Position numbers and translations under genes: made by a program. Shown in pieces: positions 28,236 to 36,332 of a stretch of 36,332 bases of DNA. Origin of the DNA: Acidobacteriota bacterium (lineage in GTDB: Bacteria > Acidobacteriota > Polarisedimenticolia > Gp22-AA2); the NCBI GenBank assembly GCA_031394595.1, contig JANNTZ010000304.1:1-36332 (forward strand). The letters are read 5' to 3'. The notes under the pieces were generated by a model. The model worked only from the letters and a program-made list of their open reading frames with translations. It was not told the origin of the DNA and ran no database searches. Each line of letters opens with the position of its first letter. The first letter of the stretch is position 1.

Positions 28236-28259
28236 CAGAAAACTATATTTTTCATTGGA

Positions 28260-29366
28260 TTACGGCGTTCGACCGTCCGGCGTCAGAGCGCCGTCCAGTG
28301 CGGCCAGGAAACGGAGGTTTTCCGGATGGGTTCCGACCGAAACCCGCACCCCGCGCGGAAAGCCGTACGATCCCATCGGCCGGACAATCACCCCCTGCCG
28401 GAGCAGTCGAATGTACAGATCCTGGGCATCCATGTCGGTCTCGACGAGGAGGAAATTGGTCACCGACGGGATGAACGCGAGTTTCCGGTCGGCGATCTCA
28501 CCCATGAGAAAGGTGCGCTCCCGGGAGTTTTCTTCGCGGGAACGCCGCACGTGGTCGCCATCACCCAAGGCCGCCAAGGCAGCCACCTGGCCGACGACCG
28601 AGGTGTTGAACGGCGACCGCACCCTCTCAACCGCCGCGGCCAGTTCCACCGGCAGCGCAGCGTACCCGATGCGCAGACCGGCGAGCCCGTGGATCTTCGA
28701 GAAGGTGCGCAGAACTGCGACATTCCGCCCGCGCCGGAGGTCTTCCAGGCCATCGGGGTAGTCGGGGGCCTCGACGTAATCCCGGTACGCTTCGTCGAGG
28801 ACGACCAGGAGCGATTCCGGCAGCCGGGTCAGGAAATCGTCCAGTTCGGCGCGTGAAACGTAGGTGCCGGTGGGATTGTTCGGATTGCCGATGTAGACGA
28901 TTGCCGTTCCGGTTCCGCAGGCTGCCGCCATCGCGCTCAGATCGTGACGATGATGAACAAGCGGGACCTCGCGAATCGAGGCTCCCATCGATTGAACCGC
29001 GATGCGGTACATGATGAAGGACTGGGTGGCAACGACCGCTCCCCTGCCCCCAGGGAGCAGCGTCTTGGCCAGGAGCTCCACGATCTCGGTCGATCCGTTG
29101 CCGAGCACGATCTGGCCGACAGGGATCCCCAGCCGCGCCGCGAGGGCCTCGCGCAGCACCAGACCACAGGCGTCCGGATAGCGGTGCACCCGTCCGGCAG
29201 CCTGATGGATCGCCTCGATGGCCCGTGGTGACGGACCCAGCGGGTTCTCGTTGCTCGCCAGCTTGACCACCTGGCCCACACCGACCTCGCGCTCCGCCTG
29301 CTCGATCGGCGTGCCCGGGACGTAGGGGACGATGCTGCGAATGTGTTCCGGGATCAGGACGCTCAC
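28260..29366 (-). CDS. hisC: histidinol-phosphate aminotransferase
   Basis: Class II aminotransferase with PLP lysine context RTFSKIHGLAGLRIGY and NPNNPTG; GTG 29366 overlaps rluB TGA (GTGA). Confidence 0.9.
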   Translation of the reverse strand: MSVLIPEHIRSIVPYVPGTPIEQAEREVGVGQVVKLASNENPLGPSPRAIEAIHQAAGRVHRYPDACGLVLREALAARLGIPVGQIVLGNGSTEIVELLAKTLLPGGRGAVVATQSFIMYRIAVQSMGASIREVPLVHHRHDLSAMAAACGTGTAIVYIGNPNNPTGTYVSRAELDDFLTRLPESLLVVLDEAYRDYVEAPDYPDGLEDLRRGRNVAVLRTFSKIHGLAGLRIGYAALPVELAAAVERVRSPFNTSVVGQVAALAALGDGDHVRRSREENSRERTFLMGEIADRKLAFIPSVTNFLLVETDMDAQDLYIRLLRQGVIVRPMGSYGFPRGVRVSVGTHPENLRFLAALDGALTPDGRTP

Positions 29367-30142
29367 GACGCCTCCCGCAGACGTCGCACTTCCTCGGTCG
29401 TCAGCGGTCGCCAATCGCCGGGCCGCAGCCGCCGGTCCTGGATCGGACCAATGGCAGTACGACGGAGCTTGAGCACCGGGTGGCCGAGCCGCTCGAACAT
29501 CCGGCGGATCTGGTTCTTCCGCCCCTCGTGCAAAACGACCTCGATCCAGGTGTTGACCTGCGTCGAAATCGGTGTGATGCGCGCCGGCATGGTACGGTGA
29601 CCGTCGATCGGAATGCCCCGTCGCGCGGATTCCAGCGCCTCGCGGGGGAGGTGCCCTTTGACCTTGACCCGGTAGGTGCGGGGAACATGGTTGGCCGGAT
29701 GGGTGAGTCGGAACGCCAGCTCCCCGTCGTTGGTGAGGAGCAGCAGTCCCTCGCTGTCCCAGTCGAGACGCCCCACCGGGAAGACCCTCTCGCGCACCTG
29801 TTTCACCAGGTCCATGACCGTGGGGCGCCCCTGCGGGTCGGACGCGCTGGTGATGAACCCGCGCGGCTTGAAGAGCAGGACATACACGCGCGGTCCCGAA
29901 CCACGGAGACGCTGACCGTCCACGACGATCGTGTCGCGTTCCGGATCGACCTTGACCCCCTGGGTGGTGATGGTGTGGCCGTTGACCATCACCCGACCCT
30001 CGGCGATCAGCCGTTCGGCCGCCCGGCGCGAGGCGATCCCGGCGTCGGCCAGCGCCTTGTGCAGCCGGACGCCGTCGGCGCGATCAGGAGTCGTCGCCGT
30101 CGTCGTCTTCGGCTTCGTCCGCTTCGACTTCCTCGTAGCCAT
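29363..30142 (-). CDS. rluB: 23S rRNA pseudouridine synthase RluB (S4 domain + RsuA-type catalytic domain)
   Basis: S4 domain VRLHKALADAGIASRRAAERLIAEGRVMVNG; catalytic FPVGRLDWDSEGLLLLTNDG; only in-frame ATG/GTG starts (30142, 30151) lie inside scpB 3' end (59-68 nt overlap). Confidence 0.8.
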   Translation of the reverse strand: MATRKSKRTKPKTTTATTPDRADGVRLHKALADAGIASRRAAERLIAEGRVMVNGHTITTQGVKVDPERDTIVVDGQRLRGSGPRVYVLLFKPRGFITSASDPQGRPTVMDLVKQVRERVFPVGRLDWDSEGLLLLTNDGELAFRLTHPANHVPRTYRVKVKGHLPREALESARRGIPIDGHRTMPARITPISTQVNTWIEVVLHEGRKNQIRRMFERLGHPVLKLRRTAIGPIQDRRLRPGDWRPLTTEEVRRLREAS

Positions 30143-30848
30143 CTTCGTCATCTTCCTCGAATGGCCCGCCGCGGCGCTTGCGTGCCGGCGGTGCCTCGGA
30201 CAAGCTCTCGTCCCCCGCCACCTGCGCCCCCGCCTGGACCTGCTCGAGGCGCGCCACCAGGCCGCCGAATTCCTCGGGGCTCGGAAGGTCCTGGAGCGTG
30301 TTGAGGCCGAAGTGCGCCAGGAAGTCCGGCGTCGTGCCGTACAGCAGCGGTTTCCCCACCACCTTCTTGCGGCCCAGTATCCTGACCAGACGCTTCTCCA
30401 GCAGGGTGTCGAGCACGCCGCTGGGATCGGCGCCGCGGATCGACTGGATCTCCGGTGTGGTGATCGGCTGGCGATAGGCGACGATCGCCAGGGTCTCGAG
30501 CGCCTGAGCCGACAGCCGGCGGCGGTTGCGGGCCCGGAACAGGGCCCGGACCTGCTCTCCCAGCTCGGACTTGGTCGCAAGCCTCCAGCCACCGGCGATG
30601 CGCAGCAGACGCAGGCCCCGGTGCTGGGCTTCGCAGTCGCGCTCCAGCGCTTCGAGTGCTGCTCCCAGTTCCTCCCGGGAAGTGCGAGGGAAGATCTCCG
30701 CCAGTTCCTCGATGGTCAGGGGCTGATCGGCGGCGAACGCCAGGGCCTCGACTGCCGCGCGAAGGCGATCACCCGCCGGGTCGGTGCGCCCTTGGGGATC
30801 GACAGCGGGCACCGACCGTGGAGACGTCGTGGTGTGCGTGTCAGACAT
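30084..30848 (-). CDS. scpB: segregation and condensation protein B, with Asp/Glu-rich C-terminal tail
   Basis: ScpB winged-helix repeats (LTIEELAEIF, ALETLAIVAYRQPITTPEIQSIRG); ATG 30848 two nt after scpA stop. Confidence 0.9.
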   Translation of the reverse strand: MSDTHTTTSPRSVPAVDPQGRTDPAGDRLRAAVEALAFAADQPLTIEELAEIFPRTSREELGAALEALERDCEAQHRGLRLLRIAGGWRLATKSELGEQVRALFRARNRRRLSAQALETLAIVAYRQPITTPEIQSIRGADPSGVLDTLLEKRLVRILGRKKVVGKPLLYGTTPDFLAHFGLNTLQDLPSPEEFGGLVARLEQVQAGAQVAGDESLSEAPPARKRRGGPFEEDDEDGYEEVEADEAEDDDGDDS

Positions 30849-31626
30849 GAACGGGTTCCTCCAGATCCGCCTCCTCCGGGGGGGCTTCGGTGTCCGCGCC
30901 GAGGACGATCAGGATGTCCGACCCCGCGTGACTTGTCCAGGCGCGTGCCAGGCGGAGACGCAGGACTTCGAGCAGGGCCAGGAAGGTCAGGATGCAGTCC
31001 ATGCGGTCCTCCAGACCCTCGAACAGAGTCCGGAACTCGAGACGTCGGCCGCGGTTGAGGCGATCCATGAGCCAGTCGATCCGCTCCACGAGCGACACGC
31101 GTTCACGGCTGATCCGGGACCGCGCGTCGTTGCCGAGGCGGCCCAGGATGTCACGAAAGGCGCGTACCAGGGCATAGAGGTCGACTTCGATCGACTCCTC
31201 GCCGCTGAACTCCGCGATCCCCTGGGCGCTGCGGGCAAACACCAGCTCCATCGCGGCCTCCCGTTCCCGCAGGTGATCGGCGGCCACTCGGAGACCCTCG
31301 GTGCCGACCAGGATCCCGTCGGTGCTGTCGCCAACCGATCCGAACTCCTCGGAGACCTGGGGATCCGGCGGCAGGAGGCCGCGCGATTTCAGGTAGACGA
31401 TCGTGGCGATCTGGACCAGGGCATCCCCCGCGCCCTCCGGATCCGGGCTTCCCATTGCGTCGAGGTAACGATCGTACTGCCGCGCGATCTCCGCCACCGG
31501 AAGACCCGAGAGATCGAGGGCCCCGGTACGCACCAGATGCAGGAGGACGTCGAGAGGCCCCTGGAAGGCGTCGAGATGGACGACCAGGTTTTCTGGCCTT
31601 CCGGGAAGCGCAGTCCCCGGTGTCAT
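30841..31626 (-). CDS. scpA: segregation and condensation protein A
   Basis: LDAFQGPLDVLLHLV N-terminal ScpA signature; overlaps trpS stop. Confidence 0.9.
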   Translation of the reverse strand: MTPGTALPGRPENLVVHLDAFQGPLDVLLHLVRTGALDLSGLPVAEIARQYDRYLDAMGSPDPEGAGDALVQIATIVYLKSRGLLPPDPQVSEEFGSVGDSTDGILVGTEGLRVAADHLREREAAMELVFARSAQGIAEFSGEESIEVDLYALVRAFRDILGRLGNDARSRISRERVSLVERIDWLMDRLNRGRRLEFRTLFEGLEDRMDCILTFLALLEVLRLRLARAWTSHAGSDILIVLGADTEAPPEEADLEEPVHV

Positions 31627-32660
31627 GCTTCGCCCTCGGTGTCGAGACCCATCACGGCGCGCACCCGTTCCATCGTGGCCCGGGCCTCCTCACGGGCCCG
31701 CTGTGCCCCCGCGGCGAGGATCTCGCGCACCCTCCCCTGCTGCGACAGGAGCGTCGCGCGTCGATCTTGGAGCGGCGCCAGCACCGGCTCCAGGTGGCCA
31801 AGCAGGGCCTTCTTGCAATCGATGCACCCGATCCCGGCCTTCCGGCATTCGATGTTGACCATCTCCTGGGTGCCCGTCGTGGAGAACGCGCGGTGCAGGT
31901 CGAACACCGGGCAGACCTCAGGGTTGCCCGGGTCGCTGCGTCTCTTGCGGGCCGGATCGGTGACCATCGTGAGGACCTTCTGTCTCAGATCCTCAGGGCG
32001 GTCCGCCAGGCTGATGGCGTTGCCGTAGGACTTGCTCATTTTCCGGCCATCGGTCCCCGGGAGACGCGGGGTCCGCGTGGTCAGGGCCTGTGGCTCGGGG
32101 AACACCGGGCCATAGAGCGTGTTGAACCGGCGGGCAATCTCGCGGCACAGCTCCAGATGCGCCAGTTGGTCCTCCCCGACCGGCACGAAGCCGGCGCGGT
32201 AGATCAGGATGTCGGCGGTCTGCAGCACCGGGTAGCCGAGGAAACCGTAGTTGCCGAGATCGCGGTTGCGGATCTGCTGCTGCTGTTCCTTGTAGGTGGG
32301 CACCCGCTCGAGCCAGCCCACTGGCACGATCATCGACAGCAACAGATGCAGCTCGGCGTGCTCGCGTACGTGGGACTGCACGAATAACGTCGCCTTCTCC
32401 GGATCGAGTCCCGCGGCCAGCCAGTCCACGGCCATCGTGGTCACGTGCTCGCGCAAGTGCCGCGGGTCCGCGTACTCGCTGGTCAGCGCGTGCCAGTCGC
32501 AGATGGCGAAGAAACACTCGTGCGTTCCCTGGAGACGGATCCAGTTCTCCAGGGCGCCGACCAGGTGCCCGAGATGCATCGGGCCGGTGGGCCGGAACCC
32601 GGAGAGCACTCGCGGCCGCCGGTCCGAGCCGGTCGATGGTTCGTTCATGCGTCCGCTCAT
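31623..32660 (-). CDS. trpS: tryptophanyl-tRNA synthetase
   Basis: RVLSGFRPTGPMHLGHLVGAL (HIGH-type), KMSKSYGN; about 345 aa; ATGA overlap with upstream small ORF. Confidence 0.95.
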   Translation of the reverse strand: MSGRMNEPSTGSDRRPRVLSGFRPTGPMHLGHLVGALENWIRLQGTHECFFAICDWHALTSEYADPRHLREHVTTMAVDWLAAGLDPEKATLFVQSHVREHAELHLLLSMIVPVGWLERVPTYKEQQQQIRNRDLGNYGFLGYPVLQTADILIYRAGFVPVGEDQLAHLELCREIARRFNTLYGPVFPEPQALTTRTPRLPGTDGRKMSKSYGNAISLADRPEDLRQKVLTMVTDPARKRRSDPGNPEVCPVFDLHRAFSTTGTQEMVNIECRKAGIGCIDCKKALLGHLEPVLAPLQDRRATLLSQQGRVREILAAGAQRAREEARATMERVRAVMGLDTEGEA

Positions 32661-32923
32661 TTCCTTATGGTCAGCGCCGTCTTGATGAGCTGCAGGGACG
32701 TCGTGATCCGGCTGAGCTTCCGCCCGCGACGCTGGATCGCCTGGGTATCGTCCTGCCCTGGCTGATCGGCCCGGGCTTCCTTCTGCGCCCTGTCCAGCTC
32801 GAACTGCAGCTGCCGGAGCTCCGCCGGCGTGAATTTCTTCAGCGTGTTCGCGTTCAGCAGGATGAGCCCCTCCGCGATGTCACGGGCCATGCCATAGGCC
32901 GAACCCCCGATGAAGTTGCTCAT
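32657..32923 (-). CDS. hypothetical small protein (88 aa), translationally coupled to trpS
   Basis: ORF with GGAGCGGGAGG/GAGGG upstream; stop overlaps trpS ATG; no recognisable domain. Confidence 0.45.
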   Translation of the reverse strand: MSNFIGGSAYGMARDIAEGLILLNANTLKKFTPAELRQLQFELDRAQKEARADQPGQDDTQAIQRRGRKLSRITTSLQLIKTALTIRK

Positions 32924-32951
32924 GACCCTCGCTGCGCCTCCCGCTCCGCCC

Positions 32952-34409
32952 TCACAGGTCCGCGAGCCCGTACGCCGCCCATTTCTTTTCGATCAGTGCC
33001 CGTGTCTCCGGATTGTGCCGGATCTCGGTCGGCCAGTCCCGTGTGAAACCTTCCGAGGGACCCTTGCGGGTGGCGTCCACACCCATGTGCGACCCGTACT
33101 GAGGCAGCCGCGAGGCGTGATCGAGGACGTCCACCGGGCCCATGACAAAAGCGATGTCGCGTTCGGGGTCGATGTGGTTCAGCGCCTTCCACGCAACCTG
33201 CCGGAGATCCTGCACATCGACATCATCATCCACGACGACGATCACCTTGCTGAACATCGCCTGCCCCATGCCCCAGATGGCGTGCATGACCTTGCGCGCA
33301 TGACCGGGGTAGCGTTTGCGGATCGAGACCAGAATCAGGTTGTGGAAAATCCCTTCCGCCGGCATGTGAACATCGACGATCTCCGGCAGCTGCCGACGCA
33401 TGAGCGGCAGGAAGACCCGCTCGATGGCCTTGCCGATGTAGAAGTCCTCCATCGGCGGCGCGCCGACGATCGTGGTCTGATAGATGGGCCGATTCCGGTG
33501 CGTCAACGCCGTCAGGTGGAAGACCGGGTAGTCGTCCGCCAGCGAGTAATAGCCGGTGTGGTCCCCGAACGGTCCCTCCCGGCGCCTCTCACCCGGGTCC
33601 ACGTACCCCTCGAGGACGATCTCCGCGTGCGCCGGGACCTCGACGTCCACGGTGACCCCCTTGACCATCGCCACCGGTTCGCGCCGGACGAACCCGGCGA
33701 GCAACATCTCGTCCACGTCGTCGGGCAGCGGCGCCGCGGCGGCGAAAGTCAGCGCCGGATCGGTCCCCAGGGCACAGGCGACCTCGAGCCGCCGTCCCCC
33801 GCTCTCTGCCAGCCGGTGGTGGTGGGCACCATGCTTGTGGATTTGCCAGTGCATCCCGGCGGTCCGGTCATCGAAAACCTGCATCCGGTAGATCCCGCAG
33901 TTGCGCCGGCCGGTCCCGGGATCGCGGGTGAACACCAGCGGCAGGGTGATGTAGCGGCCGGCGTCCTCCGGCCAGCATTGCAGCGCGGGAAGGGACCGCA
34001 GCGATGGATGTTCCTGATCCACGACTTCCTGACAGGGGCCGCGGCGGACCACCTGGGGGAAGAGATCCGCGAGGTCCTTGAGCCGCGGCAACATCTTGAT
34101 CTTGTCGAGCAGGGTGGCCGGAGCCGGGGCGTCGATCAAGGCGTCGATCCGGGCCCCGAAGGCATCGAGGGATTCGACCTCGAGCGCCAGGCGCATGCGG
34201 TCGATCGATCCGAGGGCGTTGATCAGGACCGGCATGTCGAACCCGATCGGACGCTCGAAGAGGAGCGCCGGACCGCCACCGGGGGATTTGCTGACCCGGT
34301 CCGTGATCGCGCTGATCTCGAGGTCCACGCTGACCGGCTCGGTAACCCGGCGGAGCAGACCACGTGCCTCGATGACCTGGAGGAAGGCCCGGAGATCGGA
34401 GTGGGCCAC
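32952..34409 (-). CDS. UbiD-family (prFMN-dependent) decarboxylase
   Basis: Full-length UbiD-like (about 485 aa) including GPFGDHTGYY region; cannot assign between UbiD, MqnL or another paralogue. Confidence 0.88.
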   Translation of the reverse strand: MAHSDLRAFLQVIEARGLLRRVTEPVSVDLEISAITDRVSKSPGGGPALLFERPIGFDMPVLINALGSIDRMRLALEVESLDAFGARIDALIDAPAPATLLDKIKMLPRLKDLADLFPQVVRRGPCQEVVDQEHPSLRSLPALQCWPEDAGRYITLPLVFTRDPGTGRRNCGIYRMQVFDDRTAGMHWQIHKHGAHHHRLAESGGRRLEVACALGTDPALTFAAAAPLPDDVDEMLLAGFVRREPVAMVKGVTVDVEVPAHAEIVLEGYVDPGERRREGPFGDHTGYYSLADDYPVFHLTALTHRNRPIYQTTIVGAPPMEDFYIGKAIERVFLPLMRRQLPEIVDVHMPAEGIFHNLILVSIRKRYPGHARKVMHAIWGMGQAMFSKVIVVVDDDVDVQDLRQVAWKALNHIDPERDIAFVMGPVDVLDHASRLPQYGSHMGVDATRKGPSEGFTRDWPTEIRHNPETRALIEKKWAAYGLADL

Positions 34410-34416
34410 CGGCGCC

Positions 34417-35301
34417 TCAGCCGCGCCGACCGGTGTCGGACCGACCCCGATCCTCGGCCGTCTTGAATGCCATCGAGACCATTCCCAGCCCCAGGCGATC
34501 GCCGTCCTTGATCACCATCGGCTTTCCGGTCGTCAGGCGCTGCCCGTTCACGAATGTGCCGTTGAGCGCCCCGACTTCCTCGTACAGGACGAAGGATTCG
34601 TCCTCGAGCACGATCTTGGCGTGCCGCCGCGAAACCGAACGGTTGATATCGACATGGGTGAGATCGATCTCCGGCCGTGTGCCGGTGACCGGATCGTAGC
34701 GGCCGATCAGTGCCACTTCCGCCGTGATCGGAAACTGCCGCGATCCACCCTCGAGCACCAGCAGGGCCAGCGCGCCGTCCGGCACCGCGATCTCGGCGAT
34801 CGGGCGGGCGGGCGATGCGACACCGGCCGAGGGCGGCGCGTCGGCCGAGGGCGGCGGGGCTTCGGCCGGGGAATCCATATCGACCCCCGGGATGGGCACC
34901 GGGGCGACGGCCTGGTTTCCCGCGGACGCTTGCGACAGCAGCTCGATCTTGCGGTTCGCCTCCTGCAGGCGGCTGCTCAGCTTGCGCAGCATGCGCACCG
35001 CGATCTCGATGTTGGAGCGGATCATCTTGTCGAACGTCGAGGTGTTGAGCTCGATCAGTTCGACATCGTCGAGTGCCTCGGCCGACGCGGTGCGGGGCAG
35101 GCCTTCGAGGACGGCCAGCTCGCCGAAAAAGTCCCCCTTCTCCATCACCGACAATTCCTGCCGCATTCCCGCCAGATCGCGGTAGATCCGGACGACGCCA
35201 CTCTGCACGACATACATCTCCGACCCGAGGTCACCCTCGCGGTAGAGGGTCTCCCCCTTCTTCAAACGAATCGTCAGGTCCTTGAAGGCGTCGGCGGCCA
35301 T
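34417..35301 (-). CDS. cyclic-nucleotide-binding (CAP/CRP-type) + FHA two-domain protein
   Basis: cNMP-binding GDFFGELAVL with RTASAEA motif; Pro/Ala-rich linker; C-terminal FHA (LIGRYDP...HVDINRSVSRRHAKIV...NGTFVNGQRL); ATG 35301 (AGAGGA SD about 8 nt upstream) preferred over GTG 35319. Confidence 0.8.
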   Translation of the reverse strand: MAADAFKDLTIRLKKGETLYREGDLGSEMYVVQSGVVRIYRDLAGMRQELSVMEKGDFFGELAVLEGLPRTASAEALDDVELIELNTSTFDKMIRSNIEIAVRMLRKLSSRLQEANRKIELLSQASAGNQAVAPVPIPGVDMDSPAEAPPPSADAPPSAGVASPARPIAEIAVPDGALALLVLEGGSRQFPITAEVALIGRYDPVTGTRPEIDLTHVDINRSVSRRHAKIVLEDESFVLYEEVGALNGTFVNGQRLTTGKPMVIKDGDRLGLGMVSMAFKTAEDRGRSDTGRRG

Positions 35302-35348
35302 CCCGGCATCCTCTTGCACCGGAGGAACTTCGGCGGAAACAGCGGGCG

Positions 35349-35378
35349 ATGATAATGAACGTCGCTCGCACCTGTCAA
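35349..35378 (-). promoter_or_regulatory. candidate sigma70 promoter (TTGACA-18-TATCAT) driving the cNMP/FHA-ubiD-trpS-scpAB-rluB-hisC operon
   Basis: Minus-strand TTGACA from + tgtcaa 35373-35378; TATCAT from + atgata 35349-35354; 18-nt spacer; in divergent gap between cNMP/FHA gene and M23 peptidase gene. Confidence 0.3.
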
Positions 35379-35429
35379 ACCTCGCCTCCGCGGGCGCGGG
35401 CGCCGGTTTGTCATTACAATGACCCGGTC

Positions 35430-36332
35430 ATGCGGGATTCCCAGCCGTCGATCGGGTTCCGCCGGCGGGAGCGGGCGGGATGTTTCGTGGCCATCGCGCT
35501 CGCGGCCATGGCCGCCTCGCCCCCCGCCCTGGGGCCGCGAACTCCGGCACCCGGGCTTTTGTGGCCGCTCGAGGTGCCCGGAACGCTGCTCTCCGCTTTC
35601 GGCGAGTACCGTTACGATCACCTCCACGCCGGCATCGACATCTCCACGTCCGGCGCCACCGGACACAAGGTCCTGGCCGCGGCGTCCGGTGTCGTTTTCC
35701 GGCTCAAGGTCGAATGGCGCGGTTACGGACGGGCCCTCTATCTCCGCCACCCCGACGGCCGCGTGACGGTGTACGGCCACCTGGAACGGTTCGAGGACAC
35801 CCGTCTCGGGCTGGAAAACCGCGTGACCCGGCGGCGCCACGAAACCGGGACGCGCTACCCGGGCGACATTTACCTGGACCCGCCGGTGCCGGTGAAGCGC
35901 GGGCAGGTCATCGCCTTCTCGGGCGAGTCCGGTGTCGGGCTGCCGCATCTGCACTTCGAAGTGCGGCTGGGCGACGATCACCCCGTCGACCCGCTCGCGG
36001 CCGGGCTGCGGCCGCCTCGCGACGAACGCCCCCCGATCCTCGAGGAACTGATCATCACTGCCGCCGAAGCCGGAACCCTCATCGATGGGATCCGCCGCGA
36101 GCGCGTCTACCCTCTGGAACGCCGGAACGGCGTCTATCAAAGCGCCGATCCGATCCGGGTGACCGGGGCCTTCATCCCGTCGATCGTGGCCTACGACGGC
36201 GCCGGGCGCGAGGGCCGATCCGGCGTGCACGCCATCCGTCTGGAGTTGGATGGCACGATGCAGTACGACCTGGCCTGGAAGTCCTTTACCTTCGGGCAGT
36301 ACCCGCAGGCCGGTCTGATCTTCGACCACCGC
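35430..36332 (+). CDS. M23 (LytM-type) metallopeptidase, signal-peptide bearing; 3' end runs off window
   Basis: Absent from ORF track because it has no stop in window; hand translation from ATG 35430 gives signal peptide RRRERAGCFVAIALAAMAASPPALG, then YDHLHAGIDIS (HxxxD), GYGRALYLRHPDGRVTVYGHL and GLPHLHFEV (HxH); alternative upstream in-frame ATGs at 35349/35355. Confidence 0.8.
   Translation, partial: MRDSQPSIGFRRRERAGCFVAIALAAMAASPPALGPRTPAPGLLWPLEVPGTLLSAFGEYRYDHLHAGIDISTSGATGHKVLAAASGVVFRLKVEWRGYGRALYLRHPDGRVTVYGHLERFEDTRLGLENRVTRRRHETGTRYPGDIYLDPPVPVKRGQVIAFSGESGVGLPHLHFEVRLGDDHPVDPLAAGLRPPRDERPPILEELIITAAEAGTLIDGIRRERVYPLERRNGVYQSADPIRVTGAFIPSIVAYDGAGREGRSGVHAIRLELDGTMQYDLAWKSFTFGQYPQAGLIFDHR

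Noticed and set aside
35274-36329. 351-aa minus-strand ORF at the right edge
   Set aside because: Antisense to a plus-strand frame that encodes a signal peptide plus canonical M23 HxxxD/HxH motifs. The plus-strand gene is absent from the track only because it lacks a stop inside the window.
1-36332. Search for CRISPR arrays, IS/transposase genes, integrases, rRNA/tRNA
   Set aside because: No regularly spaced direct repeats and no transposase/integrase-like ORFs. Intergenic space is minimal (largest gaps 250, 227, 204 bp), leaving no room for structured RNA genes other than leaders.

Overview
The window is about 70% GC, from a bacterium with Gram-negative-type Lpt machinery, and is almost entirely coding. 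Most of it is conserved housekeeping synteny. On the + strand, leuS-lptE-holA-guaA-dnaE is followed by metK-ahcY. A large SPFH/phosphodiesterase/TPR membrane protein is coupled to a HEAT-repeat protein. On the - strand there is an apparently fused LptF-LptG permease, parA-parB, a DUF151 nuclease, miaB, a HIT protein, and rpsA-ihfB with a near-consensus promoter. A long translationally coupled - strand operon runs cNMP/FHA regulator - UbiD-family decarboxylase - small ORF - trpS-scpA-scpB-rluB-hisC. A divergent M23 peptidase runs off the right edge. The most unusual content is at the left edge. A three-gene, ATGA-overlapped - strand operon encodes a PF14907-type nucleotidyltransferase, a stand-alone PqqD-like peptide-binding (RRE) protein and a radical SAM/SPASM enzyme. 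This looks like a RiPP- or cofactor-maturation cassette. There is no pqqABC, no mftDEF, no lasso B2/C and no visible precursor gene. A further gene with a strong ribosome-binding site starts 14 nt downstream and runs off the window. No rRNA, tRNA, CRISPR or IS elements were seen. All coordinates come from the supplied ORF track plus codon arithmetic, and start codons are often ambiguous in this GC-rich sequence.
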